From: Chloroflexota bacterium
Lineage (GTDB): Bacteria; Chloroflexota; UBA11872; VXOZ01
Direction: 5' to 3'
Length of the DNA: 64,000 nucleotides
NCBI GenBank assembly: GCA_964291655.2
Contig: OZ219801.1
Location: 448,001 to 512,000, forward strand
Shown piece after piece: positions 22,868 through 32,018 of the stretch. Made by a program: the position numbers and the translations under genes. The notes under the pieces are model-generated. The model ran no database searches. It had not been told where the DNA came from and saw only the letters and a list, made by a program, of their open reading frames with translations. Each line of letters opens with the position of its first letter. Within the stretch, counting starts at the first letter, position 1.

Positions 22868-22970
22868 TTAGTATTTCTCGCACTTATTGTGGAGGACTCC
22901 GAACACTCCCCGCACGCCCAAAACACTCTCCCTACACCACCAGCAACACCTAGAGAGCGAGAACACGCTT

Positions 22971-23765
22971 ATGTCAATGAATGAGTCCCGGCCGCATGTA
23001 ACTTTTACGATGCTCTTAGATGGCTTTCGCGGTCTCGGCCTTACCGATGGCGACACGGTCATCGTCCATTCGTCCCTCTCTCGCTTTGGGTATGTCGAGG
23101 GCGGCGCTGACACTGTCGTGGACGCGCTGCTCGCCGCAGTTGGGGCTGAAGGGACGGTAGCAGTGCCTACCAGCCCAGTGATCTGGACGGGAGGATCGCA
23201 CTTCCATTACATCAAACACAACCCCATACTCGACCTGCGGGTCACCCCTTCAAAGCTCGGCGCTATCACGAACGCACTCCGGATTAGGCCGGAGGCACGG
23301 CCGTCGCTCTCCGCGTGCCACACGCTGCACGCGATCGGCGCGCGCCGGGACTGGCTGCTCGCCGGTGCGGAAACCGCCGTCTATCCCACCGGTCCCGGCA
23401 CTCCGTGGCACAGGAATTGCACGAGCGGCGGCAAAGTCTTGCTCATCGGCATCGGCCAGAATAGCAACACCACAATCCACACCATCGAAGAGGCCGGTGG
23501 CGCCCCGATCTTGAGCAGTGAAGTCTTCTATCCCATGGTGATAGACCTGGAAGGGCGCATTATCACCGTGCCCACGCGCGCCCACTTGCCAAACCATCCC
23601 CGTGCCTTCGAAAAGATGGATGCCGTCTGCCAAGAACACGGCATCATGCAGGTGGGGAAGATCGGCAACGCCACCCTCCGGCTTATCGCGGCCAAGCCGT
23701 TCCTCGAGCTTGGCATTGCCATTCTTGAAAAGGACCCGCTCTTCTTGCTAGCTCACAACCCGTAG
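22971..23765 (+). CDS. AAC(3)-family N-acetyltransferase
   Basis: VIVHSSLSRFGYVEGGA, VLLIGIG, NTTIHTIEE, GKIGNA. Confidence 0.88.
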   Translation: MSMNESRPHVTFTMLLDGFRGLGLTDGDTVIVHSSLSRFGYVEGGADTVVDALLAAVGAEGTVAVPTSPVIWTGGSHFHYIKHNPILDLRVTPSKLGAITNALRIRPEARPSLSACHTLHAIGARRDWLLAGAETAVYPTGPGTPWHRNCTSGGKVLLIGIGQNSNTTIHTIEEAGGAPILSSEVFYPMVIDLEGRIITVPTRAHLPNHPRAFEKMDAVCQEHGIMQVGKIGNATLRLIAAKPFLELGIAILEKDPLFLLAHNP

Positions 23766-23923
23766 TGCACCGCGGAAGAGGGTATGGTTTCCACTGCTGG
23801 TCAAGGCTGCCTCGTGCCCCAGTCTGTGCTATGATGTAATGGCTAGCAGCGAGGTAGGAATTAGCGGACTTTACTTCCGTTATTATTGATGCAGTTTTCC
23901 GCACGCGCCTGCCGGAAGAGGGA

Positions 23924-24382
23924 ATGACCTTGGCAGCACCACGTTCGCAACTGGCAACTTCCAATGCAAAACGGCTTCTCCGGTCGTCCGGCCGCCGCTT
24001 CACGCGGCAACGCGAAGCCATTCTGAAGATCATTCGCGACCAGCCCGGGCACCTGGGGGCAGATGAAGTCTTCCAGATTGCGCGTCAACGTGGGCATCGC
24101 GTCAGTCTTTCCACGGTGTACCGCACGCTCGATCTCTTGCGGGAGCAAGGCCTGGTCGAGGCTGCGAACTTACAGCAAGACCACCGCCACTTCAAAGCTG
24201 CCGGTGATGGGGAACATCACCACCTCGTCTGTGTTTCGTGCGAGGAAGTCATCGAGTTTAGCAGTCCGCACATTGACCGTCTCAAAGAAGCTCTGCAAGA
24301 TGAGCACCGCTTCACAATCAGGAACGTGGAACTTGAAGTCGGTGGGCTCTGTTCGAATTGTGCGGCTTCTTCCACCGGGTAG
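23924..24382 (+). CDS. Fur-family transcriptional regulator
   Basis: TRQREAIL, SLSTVYRTL, HHHLVCVSC, CSNC. Confidence 0.93.
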   Translation: MTLAAPRSQLATSNAKRLLRSSGRRFTRQREAILKIIRDQPGHLGADEVFQIARQRGHRVSLSTVYRTLDLLREQGLVEAANLQQDHRHFKAAGDGEHHHLVCVSCEEVIEFSSPHIDRLKEALQDEHRFTIRNVELEVGGLCSNCAASSTG

Positions 24383-24427
24383 CTTTCGCGAGAGGGCTTC
24401 TCCAGATTCGGAGCACTGTGCCAAGCC

Positions 24428-24606
24428 GTGCTTCGACAAGCTCAGCACGAACGGATTGTTGGCTCTTCCACTCCCCGGTTCTTCCATTTCCCAGGTCTTC
24501 CGTTCGCCGGTTCTTCCATTCCCCGGTCTTTCGTTCCCCGGCTTTTCCCATTCGCCGGCTTATCGGTTCGCCGCCTTTTTCCGTTCGCCCTGAGCCTGTC
24601 GAAGGG
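24428..24606. repeat. Inverted pair of family A repeats flanking a ~16-bp-period pyrimidine-rich tandem array
   Basis: 24428-24454 and 24581-24606 in inverted orientation; about 7 units like TTCCATTCCCCGGTTC between them. Confidence 0.8.
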
Positions 24607-24786
24607 CAAGTCTGCACCGAGCAATGTATTCTATGAGATGAGTTCGAGCAGTGTTCGTGCGAGCACAGCACGTATAACCAGTGGCATGCGCGCCAAATCG
24701 CGCGGCAGCGAAAATCCTGTTCTTCCCTGCAAGAGATTTTCCCCAAGCAACTGTTGACCGTCGCAGTCGAAAGCCGCAAACGCGCG

Positions 24787-25515
24787 CTATCCACCGGCGA
24801 TCTTTAGAGCCCGTTCGTGTGCAGCCAGTTCTACGGCGTCATCGAGCGGAGGCAGCGATGTGACGCCGTACCGCCGTTTCAGGGCTTGCAGGATCAGATG
24901 GTCGGCAAAGGCCGGGTTCTTTGGCAGCAATGAGCCGTGGAGATAGGTGCCGTAGGCGTTCTTCCACTGTGCGCCTTCAGTCTGGTCCGCACCGTTATTC
25001 CCGTATCCACTTACGACGGTAGCGAGGGCAGCCTCCGGATCGCGGAGATACGTCCGTCCGCCGTGATTCTCAAAGCCAACGAGTTTTTGCCGTTTCCACG
25101 TTGTGACGATATTGCCAATGCACCGTTGGCTGTCGGCGCCGGGGTGGGACGTATGCGCCGGCAGCACCTCGATGCCGCGCAATTCGGCGCCGGTGTGGTC
25201 GCGATAGTACTCGCCAAAGAGCTGATACCCGCCACACACCGCCAGGGTGACAAGGCCGTCGCCAATCGCCTCCCGCAACACTGGACCCTTGGTCTCCACA
25301 AGGTCCTGAGAGGCCAGATACTGCTCCCGATCTTGCCCGCCGCCGACCAGAAGAATGTCGAGCTCTGCGGCATGGCGTAGCGGCCCGGGACCAATGTTCC
25401 GCAGCTCCACGTCAAAACCACGCCACCGGCAGCGACGTTCCAGGCAGATCACGTTGCCACGATCTGCATACATGTTCATAAGATGCGGATAGAGATGCCC
25501 TATGACAATCTTCAT
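24787..25515 (-). CDS. gatD: Lipid II isoglutaminyl synthase glutaminase subunit (CobQ-like)
   Basis: HLYP..MNMYADRGN, GGGQDREQ, CGGYQL, GFENHGGRT, YLHGSLLPKNP. Confidence 0.93.
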   Translation of the reverse strand: MKIVIGHLYPHLMNMYADRGNVICLERRCRWRGFDVELRNIGPGPLRHAAELDILLVGGGQDREQYLASQDLVETKGPVLREAIGDGLVTLAVCGGYQLFGEYYRDHTGAELRGIEVLPAHTSHPGADSQRCIGNIVTTWKRQKLVGFENHGGRTYLRDPEAALATVVSGYGNNGADQTEGAQWKNAYGTYLHGSLLPKNPAFADHLILQALKRRYGVTSLPPLDDAVELAAHERALKIAGG

Positions 25516-25617
25516 GCAAGGCACTCCCTGGAGAAACTTGCACAGCCGGGACCGGCAAGCGAGGATGCCCTTGCACAGCCGGGGCCGGCAGGCGAAGAGA
25601 CTCCCTCTCCCTGGGGA

Positions 25618-25905
25618 TGTATAGACCGGGTACATGGGTTACACATGTTCGGGCTCATAGGTAACACCATAGAACGAGGGGATTTTCGTAGTATGCGATG
25701 TCCTTGCCTTGAAAGTTAGATCCACTCAATATCCTTATGCACACTGTTTGTTTCTCTGGCACAAGCTGACAGGCTGAAAGTGAGTGCACTGTGTCGCCAG
25801 TCTCTTTTCAAACCCGGACCAACCCAAAGCTCTCGTAGGTGTCAATCAGTAAAATGTGTAACCCATGTCTCCGAACAACTGTTACCTATGTCCCCGGTCT
25901 CTACA
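25618..25905. mobile_element. Non-autonomous IS481-type MITE (288 bp)
   Basis: TGT...ACA ends; ~50-bp imperfect terminal inverted repeats (TGTATAGACCGGGTACATGGGTTACAC vs TGTAGAGACCGGGGACATAGGTAACAG); flanking GGGGA duplication; no transposase. Confidence 0.85.
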
Positions 25906-25970
25906 GGGGAGAGGGCCGGGGTGAGGGGCCATCTTCACTGATCCAACTCTTTTCCGCCCATTGACCATAG

Positions 25971-27389
25971 TTACGCAAGGGATTCCTCCCAGAAGTGGCG
26001 AACAAGCCCTCGCTCAGCCCAGACCTTGCGCAATTCAAGCATTCCGGTATATGTGGCAAGGATGAAAAGCGTCCCTTCCACAGGCGTGGCGTCAACGGCA
26101 TAGTCGAACGCATGCGCGATGTTGCCCCTCGCAGTAATGTTGCCGCTCCCAGCGTACTTCAAGCGCACCGCCATGTCCTCCGCGCGGCGGCCGCCGGTTG
26201 TAACCGTGGCGTTTGCCAAGCACTCAAAATCAACGTCCCAAATCCACGAAACATCATGCCCGTCAGCCGCGCGATCTTGGAGAATTGCAAGCACGTGCAA
26301 CGGCCCGTCCTCGGCGGCCAGTAGCCGCAATACTTGATTTGCTCCGATAGGATTCTTTATAAGAAGCAGCCACACTGTCCGCCCATCAGACTCTACAACC
26401 TCAGCGCGCCCAAAAGCGGAGACTGTCGCGCTGAGACCCTCGGAAACCGTATGTTCAGGCACCTCAAGGTACCGGGCCGCCGCAGTGGCGGCGAGCGCAT
26501 TGTAGACGTTGTAGAGCCCCGGCACACGCAGATGTACCCTCAGCTCCGATTCCGGCACTGCGATGGTGAGGTCCGCACCGGCAAAGCCATGCAAGACAAC
26601 CTTTGTCGCCCGCACATCGCGATGAGGTTGCCGCCAGCCGCACGCAGGGCAGGCAAACTCCCCAAGGTGTCCGTAGTAAGCAGCGGCATACTGCAATGGC
26701 TCTGCGTCATGCGGGCAGTAATGTGAGTCAGCAGCCAATTCAATACCATCCCGCGCCACGTCAGGATCATCAAGGCCAAAATAGCCCACCGGACCAACGT
26801 AGGATTCACCCAAGCTGGCAACTAACGGATCATCCCCATTCAAAAGCAACGCCGTGGCAGAATCCAACTGTGCGAATGCGGAGCGCAGGCCTGCGGCAAT
26901 TGTCTGCACCTCGCCGTAGCGGTCGAGCTGATCGCGAAAAAGATTTGTCACGACAATGCAGGCGGGCCGATGCTGGCGGAGTGCTTGTACAATTGCCGCC
27001 TCGTCCAGCTCCAAGACGGCAACGCTGTCCGGCGCAAGACGCAGTCTGCCGTGCCATCCGGTGTGTTCGAGAAACAGGCTCAAGACACCGCGTGTCAGGT
27101 TAGACCCTGTAGCGTTGTGCAGAACTGAGCGGCCGCCAACGGCAAGAATGTTGCGCAGCAATGCGGCAGTTGTCGTCTTGCCGTTAGTGCCGGTGACGAA
27201 GACGGTGCCCGCCGGCACTTGGCTCAGCAAGACTCCAAGTAAGTCCGGTGCCAGGTGCTCCGCCACCAGTCCCGGGAGCGCCGTGCCCCCGCCCCGTTGC
27301 AGGCGGCGCGAAAACACGCCTGCAATCTTGGCTATCAGAATCGCGATGGTCCGACGCAATGGGGAGAAAGAGTACCGTCGGTCATCCAC
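25971..27389 (-). CDS. murT: Lipid II isoglutaminyl synthase Mur-ligase subunit (DUF1727)
   Basis: GGTALPG, TGTNGKTTT, NLFRDQLDRYGE, CPHD..CPAC zinc finger, LIKNP, DGHDVSWIWD. Confidence 0.93.
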   Translation of the reverse strand: MDDRRYSFSPLRRTIAILIAKIAGVFSRRLQRGGGTALPGLVAEHLAPDLLGVLLSQVPAGTVFVTGTNGKTTTAALLRNILAVGGRSVLHNATGSNLTRGVLSLFLEHTGWHGRLRLAPDSVAVLELDEAAIVQALRQHRPACIVVTNLFRDQLDRYGEVQTIAAGLRSAFAQLDSATALLLNGDDPLVASLGESYVGPVGYFGLDDPDVARDGIELAADSHYCPHDAEPLQYAAAYYGHLGEFACPACGWRQPHRDVRATKVVLHGFAGADLTIAVPESELRVHLRVPGLYNVYNALAATAAARYLEVPEHTVSEGLSATVSAFGRAEVVESDGRTVWLLLIKNPIGANQVLRLLAAEDGPLHVLAILQDRAADGHDVSWIWDVDFECLANATVTTGGRRAEDMAVRLKYAGSGNITARGNIAHAFDYAVDATPVEGTLFILATYTGMLELRKVWAERGLVRHFWEESLA

Positions 27390-27575
27390 ATTCTTCGTCC
27401 ATATCCCACGGCAACCGGCGTAGGCGGGTACCTTATGCGCACCGCAAGAATCCTAATCTGACTGCCGGCTACGGCGTCGTCGCTCTGCTCTGGCAATAGA
27501 ACTGACATTGCCGCAGAGACAATTGATATTGCAGTACGGGATTCGTGTTGAAGAGAGTCGATAGACCGCAAGCGC

Positions 27576-27905
27576 CTAAAAGCGCTCGAACCGCTCAACA
27601 TCTAGCACGAATACGACGGCTCCACCCACCTGCACCTCAACCGGATAGGGCATGTAGAACTCGCCCGGCTCCATTGCAGGCGGCACAGGGTTGACATACT
27701 GCATGCGGGTCGTGCAATTTCGGCGGACAACCACCAGTACCTCGCTGACTTTCTCTTCCTCCACGCCCACCAGCACCGTGGCGTTGCCATGCCGCAAAAA
27801 GCCACCGGCAGTATTGATGCGCGTCGCGCCAAAGCCGGCTTGCACCAGGTTGTCTATAAGGTTTCCCGCGTCCTCGTCTTGGACAATCGCCACGACGAGT
27901 TTCAT
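27576..27905 (-). CDS. darA: Cyclic di-AMP receptor, PII-like (DarA/PstA)
   Basis: MKLVVAIVQDED, TAGGFL..GNAT, PVEVQVGGA. Confidence 0.9.
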   Translation of the reverse strand: MKLVVAIVQDEDAGNLIDNLVQAGFGATRINTAGGFLRHGNATVLVGVEEEKVSEVLVVVRRNCTTRMQYVNPVPPAMEPGEFYMPYPVEVQVGGAVVFVLDVERFERF

Positions 27906-28135
27906 GTTTTCGTCCACGCTGCAAAACTCCTTGCCGAGGAACTCTCCTAACCAAATGGGGCCGTGGCTACGAGTATGGAGTTCTTCCTAAATTGATTTCT
28001 CTTCAGCTCTGCCCAGCACATCTACCGTCCCAAGGCAGTGCCTCGCTTTCCCGACCTTCGATGTTCCTCAAGTGCGCTGGCGAAGAATCAACCACATACC
28101 ACGCCGCAACATCGTAGTATTGCAACGCACCCCTG

Positions 28136-29215
28136 CTAGCGCAGACGCTCAATGAGGGCATCCGCCACCCCAGACGTGCCGGCTGCGGTTGGGTCATTGC
28201 GGTCGGGCTTCATGTCGTAGGTGACGTGCTTGCCTTCCGCGATGACGTCCGCGAGCGCAGTCTCCATCCGTTCCGCGGCCTCGCGCTCGCCAATGTGGCG
28301 CAGCATCATCACCGCCGAAAACATCTGGGCCATGGGATTTACCTTGTTCTGGCCGGTGTATTTGGGCGCACTGCCGTGAATTGGCTCGAAAAGCGCCATT
28401 TGGTCGCCGATGTTGGCACCGGGAGCAACACCCAGACCTCCAACCAGCCCGGCACAGAGATCGGACAGAATGTCGCCGTAAAGATTCGGCATGACCATAA
28501 CGTCGAATTGTTCCGGCCGACGCACCAGTTGCATACAGGTAGCATCCACGATCATGTCCCAAAATTCGATTTCGGGATAGTCTTCCGCAACTTCACGTGC
28601 CACACGGAGGAAAAGGCCGTCCGAGTGCTTTTGAATGTTCGCCTTGTGAATTGCGGTAACCGTCTTGCGTCCATTCGCCCGGGCGTACTCGAAAGCGAAC
28701 TTTACAATGCGGCGAGAACCCTCTACGGTAATTGGCTTAATCGTGATTCCCGCGTCCATTGGAATCTGACTACCGTGATGGGCACGGATGAAGTGGATGA
28801 GCTCCAAGGCACTCCCAGTGCCTTCCTCAAACTCAATTCCCGCATAGAGGTCTTCGAGGTTCTCACGCACTACCACAATGTCAATCGCATCAAAGCGCGT
28901 TTGCACACCGGTATAGCTCCTGCACGGCCGCAAGTTGGCGTAGCACTTCAGTTCCTTGCGCAACGTGACGTTTAGGCTGCGAAACCCTGTGCCCACGGGA
29001 GTCGTAATCGGCCCCTTGATTCCCACTTTATTCCGTCGCAATGAATCTATGACTGATTGCGGCAGCAGTTCGCCGGTCTTCTCAAAGACGTGCAGACCCG
29101 CTTCTTGGACGTCCCACGAAATGCCGACATCCAACGCCTCAACGACGCGGCAGGTTGCTTCCGTAATCTCTGGACCGACGCCATCGCCCGGAATCAGCGT
29201 AATTGTATACCCCAC
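28136..29215 (-). CDS. Isocitrate/isopropylmalate dehydrogenase family (NAD-IDH-like)
   Basis: PGDGVGPE, KGPITTP, RENLE, HKANI, PNLYGDILSD, FEPIHGSAP. Confidence 0.92.
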   Translation of the reverse strand: MGYTITLIPGDGVGPEITEATCRVVEALDVGISWDVQEAGLHVFEKTGELLPQSVIDSLRRNKVGIKGPITTPVGTGFRSLNVTLRKELKCYANLRPCRSYTGVQTRFDAIDIVVVRENLEDLYAGIEFEEGTGSALELIHFIRAHHGSQIPMDAGITIKPITVEGSRRIVKFAFEYARANGRKTVTAIHKANIQKHSDGLFLRVAREVAEDYPEIEFWDMIVDATCMQLVRRPEQFDVMVMPNLYGDILSDLCAGLVGGLGVAPGANIGDQMALFEPIHGSAPKYTGQNKVNPMAQMFSAVMMLRHIGEREAAERMETALADVIAEGKHVTYDMKPDRNDPTAAGTSGVADALIERLR

Positions 29216-29606
29216 TCAGTTTTCTCCTGTCTCTAGTTACCGATGTCCCGCACAATCTACGCAGAGTCCTCAGCAAGGGTGATCTGGTTAAGCATTGTGC
29301 ACTCAAAGTAGCTGCGTCTATTCATTGTCGCAGCCAATCCAACAGAATCGCCCGACCTTCATTCAGCACACCCACTGCTGCGCGTGGGCAGCAGTGGGTG
29401 CACCATTGGCGACACATTAGCTGCACTTGCTCATCGCGGCCGGGAATGAACTCACGAAATGGACGATTGCTATTCCTAACTCGCATTATATACTGAGACT
29501 ATGTGGTTCGCCATTGACGCGAGCGGGAGATACCATCGCAGGTAGGCTCGCCGCCGGAGCAAGAAATCCACCTACACGTGGCGTGCGACAATTGGAGCAC
29601 CTTGCC

Positions 29607-30065
29607 ATGAAGCAGAAACTCACATGGGTCTTTGTCCTCGGCTTTTCCGGGTTAATTGGCCTTTTTCTTCTTGTCCTCACTGCGCCGCGCAACCACGTTT
29701 ACGATCCACGCATTGACGAGAGAGACACGGAGATTGTGACCAAGAGGCCCCAGGATATCATGGATGACATCCTGGCTCAGGCTGAGGGTCTGCCCAAACA
29801 AGACTTGGAGATTTTCGAAGTCGACGCTTCCCCGCCCTCGTGGGTCCGCTATTACCCCATACGACGCTATACGGTCACGCGCGTGCGCATTCGCGCCAAT
29901 GAACCGATTTGGCTCGACGCATTTATACCGGAACCAACCTACGAGTACATTATGACGGTTGATGTCGAGTATGCTGATCGGGACACGCGCGAAATCACCG
30001 TAAACGTTACGCGCCCTGGGTTATTCACCGGCTTTTCTATTCGTACGTCGCTCTTCAGCCCGTAG
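29607..30065 (+). CDS. Hypothetical protein with N-terminal membrane anchor
   Basis: GGAG RBS before ATG 29607; hydrophobic N-terminus. Confidence 0.6.
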   Translation: MKQKLTWVFVLGFSGLIGLFLLVLTAPRNHVYDPRIDERDTEIVTKRPQDIMDDILAQAEGLPKQDLEIFEVDASPPSWVRYYPIRRYTVTRVRIRANEPIWLDAFIPEPTYEYIMTVDVEYADRDTREITVNVTRPGLFTGFSIRTSLFSP

Positions 30066-30226
30066 GGACCCCGGCAAGGGGCTAGTCCCGGCAGTCGCAG
30101 GATTTGCCGTCATTGACCGCCGCATCAACTCTGATTCCCATTGGCGCCGCCAGCGTGTTAATAGACTGCCGCCGGTTCAAGAGGCCAGTTCGACAACGAG
30201 CCGCGTCTGCTGCCCTGATGCGACAC

Positions 30227-30349
30227 TTACCGTTCAGTGACCCGTTTTGCCTGGTGTACGCATCCTCTATACAATTGAGACGGAATATCAAGAAAGCCGA
30301 CCCAAGCGAAGCTGACTGACTTTCTTTGTTTGTTTCGAGCGCGCTTCAT
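30227..30349 (-). CDS. Candidate 40-aa small protein (MKRARNKQRKSVSFAWVGFLDIPSQLYRGCVHQAKRVTER)
   Basis: AAAGGAG RBS 7 nt before the ATG; below the ORF-track length cut-off. Confidence 0.3.
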   Translation of the reverse strand: MKRARNKQRKSVSFAWVGFLDIPSQLYRGCVHQAKRVTER

Positions 30350-30523
30350 AGCCGGTCTCCTTTAGAACGAAGGGTAACCGGATTCAACCTCGGCAATCCG
30401 GGAGTCCACGTCTCTGAGACGGACTTGGTAGGAATGAAGTCCCATGCCGTTTGACCCTGGTCACTCTGTCCTTGGAGTGTACAATTCCGCAACATCCACA
30501 TAGAGGGAGCGTCGACAGATCAA

Positions 30524-31225
30524 ATGCAAGCGATTATTCTCGCCGGGGGGCTAGGAGAGCGACTGCGGCCGTACACATCCGACCGCCCCAAGACCATGGT
30601 AGAGGCCTGCGGTGTCCCAATTCTCGCATATCAGCTTGCGTGGCTTAGAGACAGTGGCGTTTCGCGCTTTGTCATTTCGTGCGGCTACCGGCACGACGTT
30701 ATTCAGGATCGCTTTGGCGATGGCGGAGCAATTGGCGTTCAGATTGAGTACGCGATTGAGTACGAGAAGCTCGGGACAGGAGGCGGGCTGAAGCTAGCGC
30801 TTGGGATGGCAGATTCTTCCGACCCATTCATCCTTGCGACGAATGGCGACATTCTCACGAGTATGGACATATCTTCGCTCGTGGACGTGCATGTGGAAGG
30901 CGAAAACACTGCTACGCTTTCGCTGACGCAACTGCAGAGTCCATATGGCATCGTCGAATCGAACGACGCGCACAAGGTGACCGCATTCCACGAGAAACCG
31001 CTCTTACCCCATTGGCTGAGTGCCGGCATCTATGCGCTGTCACCAGCCATCAGGGATCTGTTGCCGGACAAGGGTGATCACGAGCGGAGCACGTTTCCCC
31101 ACATTGCCCAAGAAGGCAAACTGGGCGCCTATAGGTCGCATGCATACTGGCGCGCGATCGATACGGCCAAAGACCTATCTGAAGCCGAGATCGAGCTAGC
31201 GGAGAACCCACTCCCCCATGTCTGA
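30524..31225 (+). CDS. Sugar-phosphate nucleotidyltransferase
   Basis: ILAGGLGERLRPYT..PK, LGTGG, NGD, FHEKP. Confidence 0.92.
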   Translation: MQAIILAGGLGERLRPYTSDRPKTMVEACGVPILAYQLAWLRDSGVSRFVISCGYRHDVIQDRFGDGGAIGVQIEYAIEYEKLGTGGGLKLALGMADSSDPFILATNGDILTSMDISSLVDVHVEGENTATLSLTQLQSPYGIVESNDAHKVTAFHEKPLLPHWLSAGIYALSPAIRDLLPDKGDHERSTFPHIAQEGKLGAYRSHAYWRAIDTAKDLSEAEIELAENPLPHV

Positions 31226-31955
31226 GCATCCACCAACCGGTAAGAGCACAGGCTTCGACTATGAGGCCTGGAAAGAAGAGGTCGACAACGAGACTCTCAA
31301 GCAGTCTATGCAGGTCTACTACGACCAGCGCGCCGGAGAATACGTAGACTGGTTTCTCCGTACAGGGCTCTACGATCGACCGGAAACAAACGAGCCCTTT
31401 CTCAGTGGCTTGCGGAAACTTGAGGAGGATTTGGCCGCATTTGGTGAAGGGAGCATTTTGGAAGTCGCTTGCGGAATTGGCTGGTGGACTTCACTGCTGG
31501 CCCAGTCCGGTCTGGACGTTACCGCGCTCGACTACGGACCGCACATGTTGGCAGAGTGCCGCAAGCGCCTAAGCCTGAACAACACCCATGCCACGCTCGT
31601 GCGCGCCAGTGCCTACGAGCTGCCGTTTGCAGACAGTTCCGTTGATGGCTGCTTCTTCGGCTTCTTTTTCAGTCATGTGCCCCATGACGACGTCTCTCCC
31701 TTCCTCAGCGAAGTGAGGCGCGTGGTGCGCCCCGGCGGGAGCGTTTGTATATTCGATTCAAGCTTACCGTCACTCGACGATGTTGAGACCGAAATACAAC
31801 AGCGACCTCTGCGAGATGGTTCCCTCCACCCCGCCCTGAAGGTTTACTACGGCGCCAGGGGGCTCGCTCGTGTACTGGAACCGTTCGCTGAGCAGCTCTC
31901 CATCAAGAAGGTAGAGGGCCTCTTCATCACTGCGCACTACCGGTCGCGGGGCTGA
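31218..31955 (+). CDS. Class I SAM-dependent methyltransferase
   Basis: ILEVACGIG, LPFAD, RVVRPGG. Confidence 0.88.
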   Translation: MSEHPPTGKSTGFDYEAWKEEVDNETLKQSMQVYYDQRAGEYVDWFLRTGLYDRPETNEPFLSGLRKLEEDLAAFGEGSILEVACGIGWWTSLLAQSGLDVTALDYGPHMLAECRKRLSLNNTHATLVRASAYELPFADSSVDGCFFGFFFSHVPHDDVSPFLSEVRRVVRPGGSVCIFDSSLPSLDDVETEIQQRPLRDGSLHPALKVYYGARGLARVLEPFAEQLSIKKVEGLFITAHYRSRG

Positions 31956-32018
31956 GGATTGCGCAGAGAGCACGACAATGGTGTGAACTTTCAGCCTCGT
32001 ACGTGAACGCTCCGGCCG

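Noticed and set aside
22971-23765. Aminoglycoside resistance gene
   Set aside because: The AAC(3) fold includes many non-resistance homologues, and there is no mobile context.
25516-25635. N-terminal extension of GatD in the ORF track
   Set aside because: The extension runs through repeat and MITE sequence; the real start is at 25515, behind a GGAG RBS.
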